A stretch of DNA of 63,377 bases, the filler included, from Candidatus Woesearchaeota archaeon (GTDB lineage: Archaea; Nanobdellota; Nanobdellia; Woesearchaeales; WJIZ01), in NCBI GenBank assembly GCA_018221205.1. It is 4 parts of 4 records of this genome, joined end to end, with 100 filler letters (N's around TTAATTAATTAA, not from the genome) between each part and the next. Parts side by side here need not be neighbours in the genome. Positions count along the whole stretch, not along the records: positions 1 to 13,606 come from JAAOYF010000029.1; positions 13,707 to 36,394 come from JAAOYF010000030.1; 2 more parts are not named here. One strand, given 5' to 3'. The translations under genes were made by a program, and so were the position numbers. A model generated the notes under the pieces. It did no database searches, was not told where the DNA came from, and was given only the letters and a program-made list of their open reading frames with translations. This document shows, one piece after another, positions 10,056-17,993 of the stretch; positions within the stretch are counted from its first letter, which is position 1; every line of letters starts with the position of its first letter.

Positions 10056-10517
10056 ATGGGTAGCAGATATAGTTGGGCGGTTGGGAGAAAAGCTGAAAAA
10101 TTAGCTTCAGAAATGATGGAGGAATTAGGATTTATAGTTGTCCCATATGGATATGAATATATTTTAAGTCAGTTTAAGGGTAAGAAAAAACTACTAGAAG
10201 GTCCTGCTGGAAAAATTGTCAGAAGCCAACCAGACTTTTTAATAGTGGATCCAGAAAATAATTATGCATATTTCGTTGAAGTAAAATATCGGTCTAGTGG
10301 AAAAATAAGTCAAAAATCAGTAAAACCTTATCCTAAGAATTACATATTATTGGTAACCCCTAAAGGAATACTCATTGCTGATTGGGAGTATTGGAATGAG
10401 CATCAAGAAAAAAATTGCTTTAAACTTCTCTCAGAAATTGGTCCTTTTAAAAATAGGGATAAATCAATTATTTTGAAGTATGTAGAAAAAGCTAAACATA
10501 GTTTTACTAAATCTTAA
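10056..10517 (+). CDS. PD-(D/E)xK nuclease-family protein
   Basis: G..AE, QPDFLI, FVEVKYRS catalytic motif pattern; AT-rich. Confidence 0.8.
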   Translation: MGSRYSWAVGRKAEKLASEMMEELGFIVVPYGYEYILSQFKGKKKLLEGPAGKIVRSQPDFLIVDPENNYAYFVEVKYRSSGKISQKSVKPYPKNYILLVTPKGILIADWEYWNEHQEKNCFKLLSEIGPFKNRDKSIILKYVEKAKHSFTKS

Positions 10518-10641
10518 AGGAATTCAAAAATTTTGTATAGCATATATTAAGAGTATTTCTGAGTTGCTTTGGTTAGAATTATTGGCTTACTATATGTTAT
10601 AACGCAATATTTTTATAAGAGCGATGAAATTAACGTAGCTT

Positions 10642-11436
10642 ATGAAATCCTATGCGAAGATCAATCTTACTTTAGACATTCTCGGCAAGAGAGATGATGG
10701 ATTCCATGATGTTGAAACGGTGTATCAGCAGGTTGACCTGTATGATACTATTGAGATACAGGAAGAGAATGGTGTCAAAATTAAGTGTAATCTCGAGTTT
10801 CTCGAGAATGAACATAATCTCGCCTATCAGGCTGCTGAATTATTGCGGAAGAAGTATGCTGTTGCGAATGGGGCTTTGATCACGCTCACTAAACGCATTC
10901 CCATCGGTGGGGGATTGTCAGGGGGGAGCTCGAATGCAGCTACTGTTTTACGAGGATTGAACGCGCTCTGGGATCTGCATCTGAGCGAGGATGAATTGAT
11001 TGAGATCGCTAAAGAATTAGGGAGCGATGTCGCTTTCCATATCTTAGGGGGAACTTGTTTAGGAAAAGGCAAAGGAGAGCGATTAGAGAAGATAAAGGAT
11101 TTCCCTTCTTATCATGTTGTTATCGTGTATCCTGGGTTCCATATCAGCACCAAGAAATCATACAGCCAGCTTGATTATGATCAGACCGGCAAGATACGGG
11201 CAACCAAGAGATTCATGGAGAGCTACGATCCTCAATATCTGCATAATGACTTTGAGTATTCTGTGTTCAAGGGATACCCTGAACTCGGGCAGCTGAAGAA
11301 GGAATTAGGGAGGAATTCTTTACTGTGCGGCTCTGGAAGCTGCATGTTCGGATTATTCAAGGAGGAAAAAGAGGCAGAAGAGGTGGCAGAAAGACTAAAG
11401 CATAAATATAAAGACGTATTCCTATGCAAAACATGA
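10642..11436 (+). CDS. ispE: 4-diphosphocytidyl-2-C-methyl-D-erythritol kinase
   Basis: AKINLTLDILGKRDDGFH, KRIPIGGGLSGGSSNAA, LGSDV, GKGE, NDFE, GSGS motifs. Confidence 0.95.
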   Translation: MKSYAKINLTLDILGKRDDGFHDVETVYQQVDLYDTIEIQEENGVKIKCNLEFLENEHNLAYQAAELLRKKYAVANGALITLTKRIPIGGGLSGGSSNAATVLRGLNALWDLHLSEDELIEIAKELGSDVAFHILGGTCLGKGKGERLEKIKDFPSYHVVIVYPGFHISTKKSYSQLDYDQTGKIRATKRFMESYDPQYLHNDFEYSVFKGYPELGQLKKELGRNSLLCGSGSCMFGLFKEEKEAEEVAERLKHKYKDVFLCKT

Positions 11437-12494
11437 AAGAGCTCGCCAGATATCAAAAGATCATCGATAAAGAATTAGAACAGTTCTTTGATTTCTCTCT
11501 TGAGGAAGAATTTTTACAGAAAAGCTATGGTTTCTTGAAAGAGTATGTCTTGCGAGGGGGAAAACGGCTAAGAAGCATTGCCTGCATCAAGGCATATGAG
11601 GCGTTGACAGGGCAGAAAAATAAAGAGATCATCCTTCCTTCTTTAAGCCTGGAATTAGTGCATGCTTCTTCGTTGATCCATGATGATATCATGGATGAGG
11701 ATGAAAAGAGAAGGGATAAGGCAAGCACACACAAGCTCTTCCAGAATTACTATCTGAAGCATTTTCCTGAGAAAGAATATCAAGGGAAGATATTCTCTTT
11801 GCAATCAGCCAAATTTGGGACCAGTTCTGGTATTTTGCAGGGGAATATACTCTTTCTATTGGCATCTAAAGCATTCCACCTATCGACCCTTTCGGAGAAC
11901 ATCAAGATGCAGGCACTGCTGGTGCTGCATCGGTGGTATCTAGAGGTGAACGAGGGGCAGCAGCTTGATCTGCTGTATGAAGTTGAGGATGTGAGCGAGA
12001 AAGAATATATCGAGATGGTCGCCAAGAAGACTGGGGGATTATTTATCGCTTCTCTGGAGATGGGGGCATTATTCGCGAAAGCGACTGAAGCGAAGAGGAA
12101 GCTGTTTCGGGAATATGGCAAGAACCTTGCTATTGCGTTCCAGATCTCTGATGATCTCTTAGATATCACAGAAGGAAAGGGCCATGATATTGCTTCAGAC
12201 ATCAAGCAAGGCAAAAAGACCATATTGATGATCAATGCATTGAAGAAAGCTGATGAAGAAGAGAAGGAGTTCCTCCTCTACATGCTCGGCAATGTCAATG
12301 GAACCCAGAAAGACATCACTACTGTCATCGAGATATTTCAGAAAACAAAGGCTTTCCATAATGCAGGGGCCCTTGCACGATTCTATGTCGAGAAAGCCAA
12401 AAAGAATCTGAGATCATTGAAGAGATACATGACAACAGAAGGCTATAGGTTTTTCTCTGAACTGACAGAATATGTAATAAAAAGAAAAAAATGA
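11433..12494 (+). CDS. trans-Polyprenyl diphosphate synthase
   Basis: GGKRLR, FARM LIHDDIMD..RR, GQQLD, KT, SARM FQISDDLLD, DIKQGKKT. Start 11424 or 11433. Confidence 0.93.
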   Translation: MKELARYQKIIDKELEQFFDFSLEEEFLQKSYGFLKEYVLRGGKRLRSIACIKAYEALTGQKNKEIILPSLSLELVHASSLIHDDIMDEDEKRRDKASTHKLFQNYYLKHFPEKEYQGKIFSLQSAKFGTSSGILQGNILFLLASKAFHLSTLSENIKMQALLVLHRWYLEVNEGQQLDLLYEVEDVSEKEYIEMVAKKTGGLFIASLEMGALFAKATEAKRKLFREYGKNLAIAFQISDDLLDITEGKGHDIASDIKQGKKTILMINALKKADEEEKEFLLYMLGNVNGTQKDITTVIEIFQKTKAFHNAGALARFYVEKAKKNLRSLKRYMTTEGYRFFSELTEYVIKRKK

Positions 12495-12496
12495 TT

Positions 12497-12952
12497 TTAT
12501 TCCAGGAACATTCCTGCTTTTGACGGATCATACTTCCAGTCTTCAGCAATCCTTCCGTTTTTCTTATAGTATTTGATCAAGCGCTTGATCTTTGACTCTG
12601 TCAACTGCAAGCCACGCTTAGCAGTCATGTCCTGCTTGTTCTCATTCATGTGCTTATGCAGCGCAACGCTTCTCTTGATCAGTGCAAGCATATCCTCAGG
12701 AAGTTCTTTCACCAATTTCTTTGCTTTGAGCACTTCTGTTATCTTCTTCTTCAGGAGAACTCGTGCATCAGGGATGCCATAGGCGTCTCTCAGTGTGAGA
12801 CCTATCAATGAAGCAGGCTTTCCCTCTTTGGCCATCTTCACTATCAACATCTCTACTTCTCTCGGTTTATAACTTAACCAGGCATAGCCTGTCTTTCCAC
12901 TTGGTTTTGTCGAGCCTGATTTTCCTTTTGCTCCACCATGCATTCGTGCCAT
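12497..12952 (-). CDS. rps15: 30S ribosomal protein uS15 (archaeal S15/S13e type)
   Basis: MARMH..KGKSGS, IGLTLRDAYGIP, LPED, KRGLQLTESKIKRL.KYYK, WKY. Confidence 0.97.
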   Translation of the reverse strand: MARMHGGAKGKSGSTKPSGKTGYAWLSYKPREVEMLIVKMAKEGKPASLIGLTLRDAYGIPDARVLLKKKITEVLKAKKLVKELPEDMLALIKRSVALHKHMNENKQDMTAKRGLQLTESKIKRLIKYYKKNGRIAEDWKYDPSKAGMFLE

Positions 12953-12972
12953 TTTTAACTCCGATATATTTT

Positions 12973-13080
12973 TTCAAGACAGAGAATCATCATCTCTCCA
13001 GCATACCTAAGCTACAGTCGAAAACCAATGGTTTTCTCCGTACGTTCATAGATGAACGTTTCACCGAGGTATCTCTTGAA
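12973..13080 (-). promoter_or_regulatory. Putative structured 5' leader of rps15
   Basis: Minus-strand nested stems TTCAAGA/TCTTGAA, ATACCT/AGGTAT, ACGTTCA/TGAACGT, GAAAACC/GGTTTTC, AGAGA/TCTCT. TATA (TTTATAAA, 13103-13110) lies about 23 nt upstream. Confidence 0.55.
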
Positions 13081-13111
13081 TGGATTGAGAGTAATTAAGT
13101 GATTTATAAAG

Positions 13112-13570
13112 CTATCCCCCGTTTCTGTGTTTGCTTTGGAAACGAGCTGTACGGGATCTCCTTCTCGGTACTGGCGAACCTCGAACAGGCGTTTTTCTAC
13201 TTTCTTTATCGCTCAAGCTGCCATTTCCCATATGGTAATTTTCGTTTTTTTCAGATAATCCTATTAAATATTGTGGGAAAAACTTGAGATTTCCAGTTAA
13301 ACGTGCAGCATATTCTTCACTGCCTTTTCGTTTCGTTCCTGAAAGAGCTTTAGCAAGATGCTCATTGACAAGGGCATCTGCTTTTCTTGCCAATTCTTTT
13401 GTCTGGCCTGATACCAGCAGTTCATCAAGAGGAATCTTCATGTATCCGAGTGATTCATCGGCTCCCTTTGTATCATCAGGCCTTCCAGTCAGATCGACAT
13501 CCTTATCGTGATAGTCTCCAAGGGGTCTGGTCGTTGATGGAGAGCTGCGGAAGTTTTCAGCTAAATTCAC
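13112..13570 (-). CDS. Hypothetical protein (probably 5'-truncated at contig end)
   Basis: Open frame next to the N spacer; no recognisable motif. Confidence 0.45.
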   Translation of the reverse strand: MNLAENFRSSPSTTRPLGDYHDKDVDLTGRPDDTKGADESLGYMKIPLDELLVSGQTKELARKADALVNEHLAKALSGTKRKGSEEYAARLTGNLKFFPQYLIGLSEKNENYHMGNGSLSDKESRKTPVRGSPVPRRRSRTARFQSKHRNGG

Positions 13571-13606
13571 AGAATGGCCATAGAAGAATATATCATCAAG
13601 GCTGCA

Positions 13607-13706
13607 NNNNNNNNNNNNNNNNNNNNNNNNNNNNNNNNNNNNNNNNNNNNTTAATTAATTAANNNNNNNNNNNNNNNNNNNNNNNNNNNNNNNNNNNNNN
13701 NNNNNN
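13607..13706. other. Artificial contig spacer
   Basis: 100 nt of N with central TTAATTAATTAA (stops in all frames). Confidence 0.98.
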
Positions 13707-14396
13707 ATGGATCTTCAGTATGTCCTGTCAGATTTCAAGGTCGTTTCAGTCAAGAACGAGACAGGAAGCTATACTGATAGGGGCCTGAGATTGGACAAAG
13801 ATGATCCAAAAGGCTCGTTTCTTATCTATGTCTCGAAAGAGAAAGAACAGGCAGAAAAAGCCAGATTGCTGGAAGAAAAGAATGACCATAAAGGATTAGG
13901 AAAGGCGCTTGGCTATCCTGAATGCTGCTGCGATTTCTTCGGGAAGCATTTCTCCTCCGAAAACACAGATCTGACAACAAGATCATTCTCGCAGCTGAAC
14001 AATCCCTGGCAGACGAATATCTGCTTAAGAAGTTTCGATATCAGTCTTATCTCTCATTTTCCCTGCAGTTTCCATTGCGAAAAGACAAAGGGGATCGCTC
14101 TAAGAAACCTTGAAGTCATAAGAAAGCACAGCATCGATACGTTAAACTATTTCCAGCATGCATTGAAGACCGCAGTCCTCTATGCAGAAGGTGTCGGCGT
14201 AGTCAGCATAAAGAAGTTTGCATTATCGGATAACATGATTCTCTATGATCCAAAAAGCGTCATCGCTTCTGTCGAGAATGATCTCACCAGGATGATAAGG
14301 GATAATTCCTCGATTGCGATCAGCGATAAGAACAGGTATATAATCGGAAAGCACCTTGTTCACGACGATAAGACTTTCTTGGCCTTGTTCTCATAG
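13707..14396 (+). CDS. DUF483-like conserved protein (probably 5'-truncated)
   Basis: LGKALGYPECCCDFF and ISHFPCSFHCEKT motifs; begins at the contig edge. Confidence 0.7.
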   Translation: MDLQYVLSDFKVVSVKNETGSYTDRGLRLDKDDPKGSFLIYVSKEKEQAEKARLLEEKNDHKGLGKALGYPECCCDFFGKHFSSENTDLTTRSFSQLNNPWQTNICLRSFDISLISHFPCSFHCEKTKGIALRNLEVIRKHSIDTLNYFQHALKTAVLYAEGVGVVSIKKFALSDNMILYDPKSVIASVENDLTRMIRDNSSIAISDKNRYIIGKHLVHDDKTFLALFS

Positions 14397-14908
14397 ACAC
14401 ATACAGTGAAATAATGTGTCTCAAATTCATCGATTTTTTTGAGTGTTTTCGGTTGGAATATGGAAGAATAGACGATAAGTATACCGTCCAGTTCATCGAG
14501 GATTTTCTTCTCTAGTCTCAAGGAGAATTCCTTATCTGGTGCGATGAACAAGACATCATAAGAGGAAAAAGAAAGCTTGAGAAAATCTTCCTCGATAAAA
14601 CGGACATTTGACAGACCAAGCTTCTTTTCCATCTGCAAGGAGATGTCAAAGAATTCCTTCTCGACCTCTACACCGTGGGATTCGTTGAAGAATAGTGCTG
14701 CTACCATGACTACAATACCGTCGCCAGAGCCTAGATCGAGAAATTTCTTTTCTGTGCTGCCATACTTCTTGAATATCTTATACAATTCTTTAGGAAGGGA
14801 TGGTGCCCATACATTCTCACCGAGATATTTGACCAATGTCGGATGCTTCTGCAGAAAAGAAGAATGCAATTCTTGATATGTCTCTTTGATCAGGTCAAAA
14901 GAATCCAT
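14360..14908 (-). CDS. Class I SAM-dependent methyltransferase
   Basis: FLDLGSGDG, GVE, EEDFL motifs; ATG at 14908 directly follows the upstream gene. Confidence 0.85.
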   Translation of the reverse strand: MDSFDLIKETYQELHSSFLQKHPTLVKYLGENVWAPSLPKELYKIFKKYGSTEKKFLDLGSGDGIVVMVAALFFNESHGVEVEKEFFDISLQMEKKLGLSNVRFIEEDFLKLSFSSYDVLFIAPDKEFSLRLEKKILDELDGILIVYSSIFQPKTLKKIDEFETHYFTVCVYENKAKKVLSS

Positions 14909-14909
14909 C

Positions 14910-15347
14910 TTATCCTTTCGTATATTTCTTGATATGCTTGTCTGCTGCCCGCGATGCATCAAGCTCTTTTCCTTTTTCTGAGGCGCTTTCATACTTGATT
15001 CCATCTTCCATCTTCACTGCCGCAATGACATCCTCATCTACTTCAGCTGGCTTATAGTCAGAACTTGGAGTATATTTGACCGAGACAGTCTCTTCCTTAG
15101 AAGGTTCTTTTGAGACTGTTCCCTCAAGATTATCCTCTGCTTCAAATTTTTTCGATATATCGACAGGTTCAAGCAGTGGAACTTCCATATCAGGTATGTC
15201 CTTGGTGCGTTCGATCTCTGCCTCAGTCTTCTTGATAAGGTCTTCTGTCTCCTCAAGGTCTTTTTTTCGCTGTTCTTCAATCTCTTTCAGCTTCTTTATC
15301 CTCTCTTCTGGAGCAAGTTTCTTGAACTCATCTTTGTCCAGCGGCAT
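14910..15347 (-). CDS. Hypothetical charged/coiled-coil protein
   Basis: KKLAPEERIKKLKEIEEQRKKDLEE coiled-coil N-terminus. Confidence 0.75.
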   Translation of the reverse strand: MPLDKDEFKKLAPEERIKKLKEIEEQRKKDLEETEDLIKKTEAEIERTKDIPDMEVPLLEPVDISKKFEAEDNLEGTVSKEPSKEETVSVKYTPSSDYKPAEVDEDVIAAVKMEDGIKYESASEKGKELDASRAADKHIKKYTKG

Positions 15348-15447
15348 ATCCGGTATAAGTCGAGAACACTATATAAATATGCTGTCCGCAACCACAAAGT
15401 TTATATACCACATCGCTACTATCATTCTTAATTCTTGGAGTTCTACC

Positions 15448-16086
15448 ATGGAAGATACTAACATAAAGAAAACGGGTACAACGACAGTAGCAATGAAATG
15501 CAGAGATGGTATTGTACTCTGCGCAGATAAGAGAGTGACAGCTGGCTACTTGGTTGCACATAAGAAATTTAAGAAGATCATCAACATCACCGATAAGATT
15601 GCTGTTACTGTAGCTGGTACGGTCTCAGATGTCCAGCTCTTGGTGAAGCTTCTCCAAGCTGAACTGCGCTTGAAGGATATCAGGACAAAAAGAGAGACCA
15701 AAGTGCATGAGGCAGTCAATCTGCTCTCAAGTATGGTCTATCATAATATTCGGAAATTCTCAGTCATACCAGGCATCAGCCACTTCATTGTTGGCGGTGT
15801 GGATAATGATGGCTTCCATGTCTACGATGTGGGGGCTGACGGCAGTATAAATGAAATCGATGATTATGTCTCATCTGGTTCTGGGTCTGTTATGGCCTAT
15901 GGAGTTCTCGAGACACTGTATAAAAATCAATTAAGTGTAAATGAAGCCATCGAGATTGGAAAGAAGTCTATCAACGCTGCAGTACAGCGGGACATAGCTT
16001 CAGGAGAGGGCATTGACATTATGTCAATCACCAAAGATGGTGTCAAACACGTATTGACGAAGCAAATTTCTTACAAAATCGAATAA
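15448..16086 (+). CDS. psmB: Proteasome subunit beta
   Basis: Propeptide KTG|TTTV, ADKRVT, GTVSD, SGSGS, RDIASG. Confidence 0.97.
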   Translation: MEDTNIKKTGTTTVAMKCRDGIVLCADKRVTAGYLVAHKKFKKIINITDKIAVTVAGTVSDVQLLVKLLQAELRLKDIRTKRETKVHEAVNLLSSMVYHNIRKFSVIPGISHFIVGGVDNDGFHVYDVGADGSINEIDDYVSSGSGSVMAYGVLETLYKNQLSVNEAIEIGKKSINAAVQRDIASGEGIDIMSITKDGVKHVLTKQISYKIE

Positions 16087-16090
16087 AAAC

Positions 16091-17992
16091 ATGGCAGATA
16101 TCATAAAAGAAATCTTAAAGGACTTGCCACAAGGTAAAATCTCCGAGGCATGTTATGAGGCAGCCAATATAGTCCTCTATACAAAGGATGAGGATTTTTT
16201 CTTGAACAACAGCGGCATGATTAAGCAGGTAGTCGATAAGATAAAAAAACGGGTAGAGTTGCGACCTGATCCCTCAATCTGTATGGGCCAGGAAAAAGCA
16301 GAGAAGGTGATCAGAGAAATCCTTACTGAAGACGCAGGTATCGATCAGATCATCTTTGATCCTCAACGCTCAACAGTCATCATTGAGGCTGAAAAGCCAG
16401 GATTGGCCATCGGCAAGCAAGGCTCTTTGTTGAGAGAGATCCGGCAGAAGACGTTATGGGTGCCCCATATCAAGCGCAAGCCTGCAATAAGATCAAAATT
16501 GATCGAGAATATTCGCGCAGTCTTATATCAGAACTCTGATTTTCGAAGAAAATTCCTGGATAAATGCGGTCATCGTATCTACGACGGCTGGATTCGCGAG
16601 AAAAAACATGAATGGGTCAGATTGACCTATCTAGGCGGCGGAAGACAGGTGGGAAGATCATGCATCTTGCTGCAGACACCAGAATCACGTGTGTTATTGG
16701 ATGTGGGTGTGAATCCTGCGAAAAATTCTGACAATCCTGAAGCATATCCTTATCTAGAGGCTCCTGAATTCAAGATCAATGAATTGGATGCTGTCGTGAT
16801 CAGTCACGCACATTTGGACCATCATGGATTATTGCCTTATCTTCTGAAGCTGGGTTATGAAGGCCCTATCTATTGTACTACTCCTACAAGGGATGTCATG
16901 GCTTTATTGCAACTGGACATGATCAAGATCATGCGCAATGAAGGTAAAGAGCCCCTCTATAGCTCAGAAGATGTCAAGAATGTAGTGAAGCAAGTGATCA
17001 CCCTTGACTACAATGAAGTAAGCGATATAACTCCTGATATCAGGATCACCATGTATAATGCCGGCCATATTATAGGAAGTGCTATGGTCCATCTCCACAT
17101 CGGAAATGGCTTGCACAATCTATTGTACGGAGCAGACATGAAATTCGGTCGGACCGCTTTATTGGAGCCCGCAGTCTGTGAGTTTCCAAGATTAGAGACA
17201 CTGATGATCGAAGCAACTTATGGTGGAAAAGACAACATCCTTCCGAGCAGGAAAGAATGTGAAGAGCAGCTGAAGCATATCATCGAAGATACGATCAAAA
17301 GAGGGGGCAAAGTCTTGGTGCCTGTCTTGGGAGTAGGAAGGGCGCAAGAAGTCTTGATTATCATCGAGGAGATGGTAAGGACTGGGCTGATTGATAAGAT
17401 TCCTGTCTTCATCGACGGTATGGTATGGGACATAACCGCGATCCATACTGCCTATCCTGAATATCTCAATAACTCAATCAGAAAATTGATCTTCCATAAG
17501 GATCAAAATCCGTTCTTGAATGAGATGTTCAAGAGGGTCGGCTCTCAGAAGGAAAGGACAGGAGTGGTCCAGGATGAAGGGCCTTGTGTCATTCTCGCAA
17601 CATCTGGCATGCTGGTAGGAGGACCTTCTGTCGAGTATCTTAAGCGGCTGTCTGATAATCCAAAAAACTCCATGGTCTTTGTCTCGTATCAGGGAGAAGG
17701 CTCATTGGGAAGACGTATCCAGAGAGGCGAGAGAGATATCAATATGGGCTCTGCGACCAAACCCGATATGTTGAAGATCAAGATGGACCTGTACACTATT
17801 GACGGCTTTTCAGGCCACTCAGGAAGGAATCAATTGATGAGCTTTGTCCATAAATGCTCACCACGCCCTAAGAAAGTCCTCGTGAATCATGGCGAAAGCT
17901 CACGATGTTCTGATTTAGCAAGTTCAATCCATAAGCAGAATAGGATCGAGACATCTGCTCCAAGAAATCTAGAGACAGTAAGATTAAAGTAA
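16091..17992 (+). CDS. fttA: Archaeal CPSF1/FttA beta-CASP ribonuclease with KH domains
   Basis: KH region (KPGLAIGKQG), SHAHLDH, AGHIIGS, TSGMLVGGPS, GFSGHS, NHGE; conserved position after psmB. Confidence 0.96.
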   Translation: MADIIKEILKDLPQGKISEACYEAANIVLYTKDEDFFLNNSGMIKQVVDKIKKRVELRPDPSICMGQEKAEKVIREILTEDAGIDQIIFDPQRSTVIIEAEKPGLAIGKQGSLLREIRQKTLWVPHIKRKPAIRSKLIENIRAVLYQNSDFRRKFLDKCGHRIYDGWIREKKHEWVRLTYLGGGRQVGRSCILLQTPESRVLLDVGVNPAKNSDNPEAYPYLEAPEFKINELDAVVISHAHLDHHGLLPYLLKLGYEGPIYCTTPTRDVMALLQLDMIKIMRNEGKEPLYSSEDVKNVVKQVITLDYNEVSDITPDIRITMYNAGHIIGSAMVHLHIGNGLHNLLYGADMKFGRTALLEPAVCEFPRLETLMIEATYGGKDNILPSRKECEEQLKHIIEDTIKRGGKVLVPVLGVGRAQEVLIIIEEMVRTGLIDKIPVFIDGMVWDITAIHTAYPEYLNNSIRKLIFHKDQNPFLNEMFKRVGSQKERTGVVQDEGPCVILATSGMLVGGPSVEYLKRLSDNPKNSMVFVSYQGEGSLGRRIQRGERDINMGSATKPDMLKIKMDLYTIDGFSGHSGRNQLMSFVHKCSPRPKKVLVNHGESSRCSDLASSIHKQNRIETSAPRNLETVRLK

Positions 17993-17993
17993 T

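Noticed and set aside
13607..13706. Repeated TTAATTAATTAA palindrome within N runs (also 36395-36494 and 57563-57662)
   Set aside because: Artificial contig linker with stops in all frames; not biological. No linkage was inferred across it.
15076..15447. Long Ser-rich N-terminal extension of psmB
   Set aside because: Antisense shadow of the 14910-15347 gene; the real start at 15448 gives a normal propeptide.
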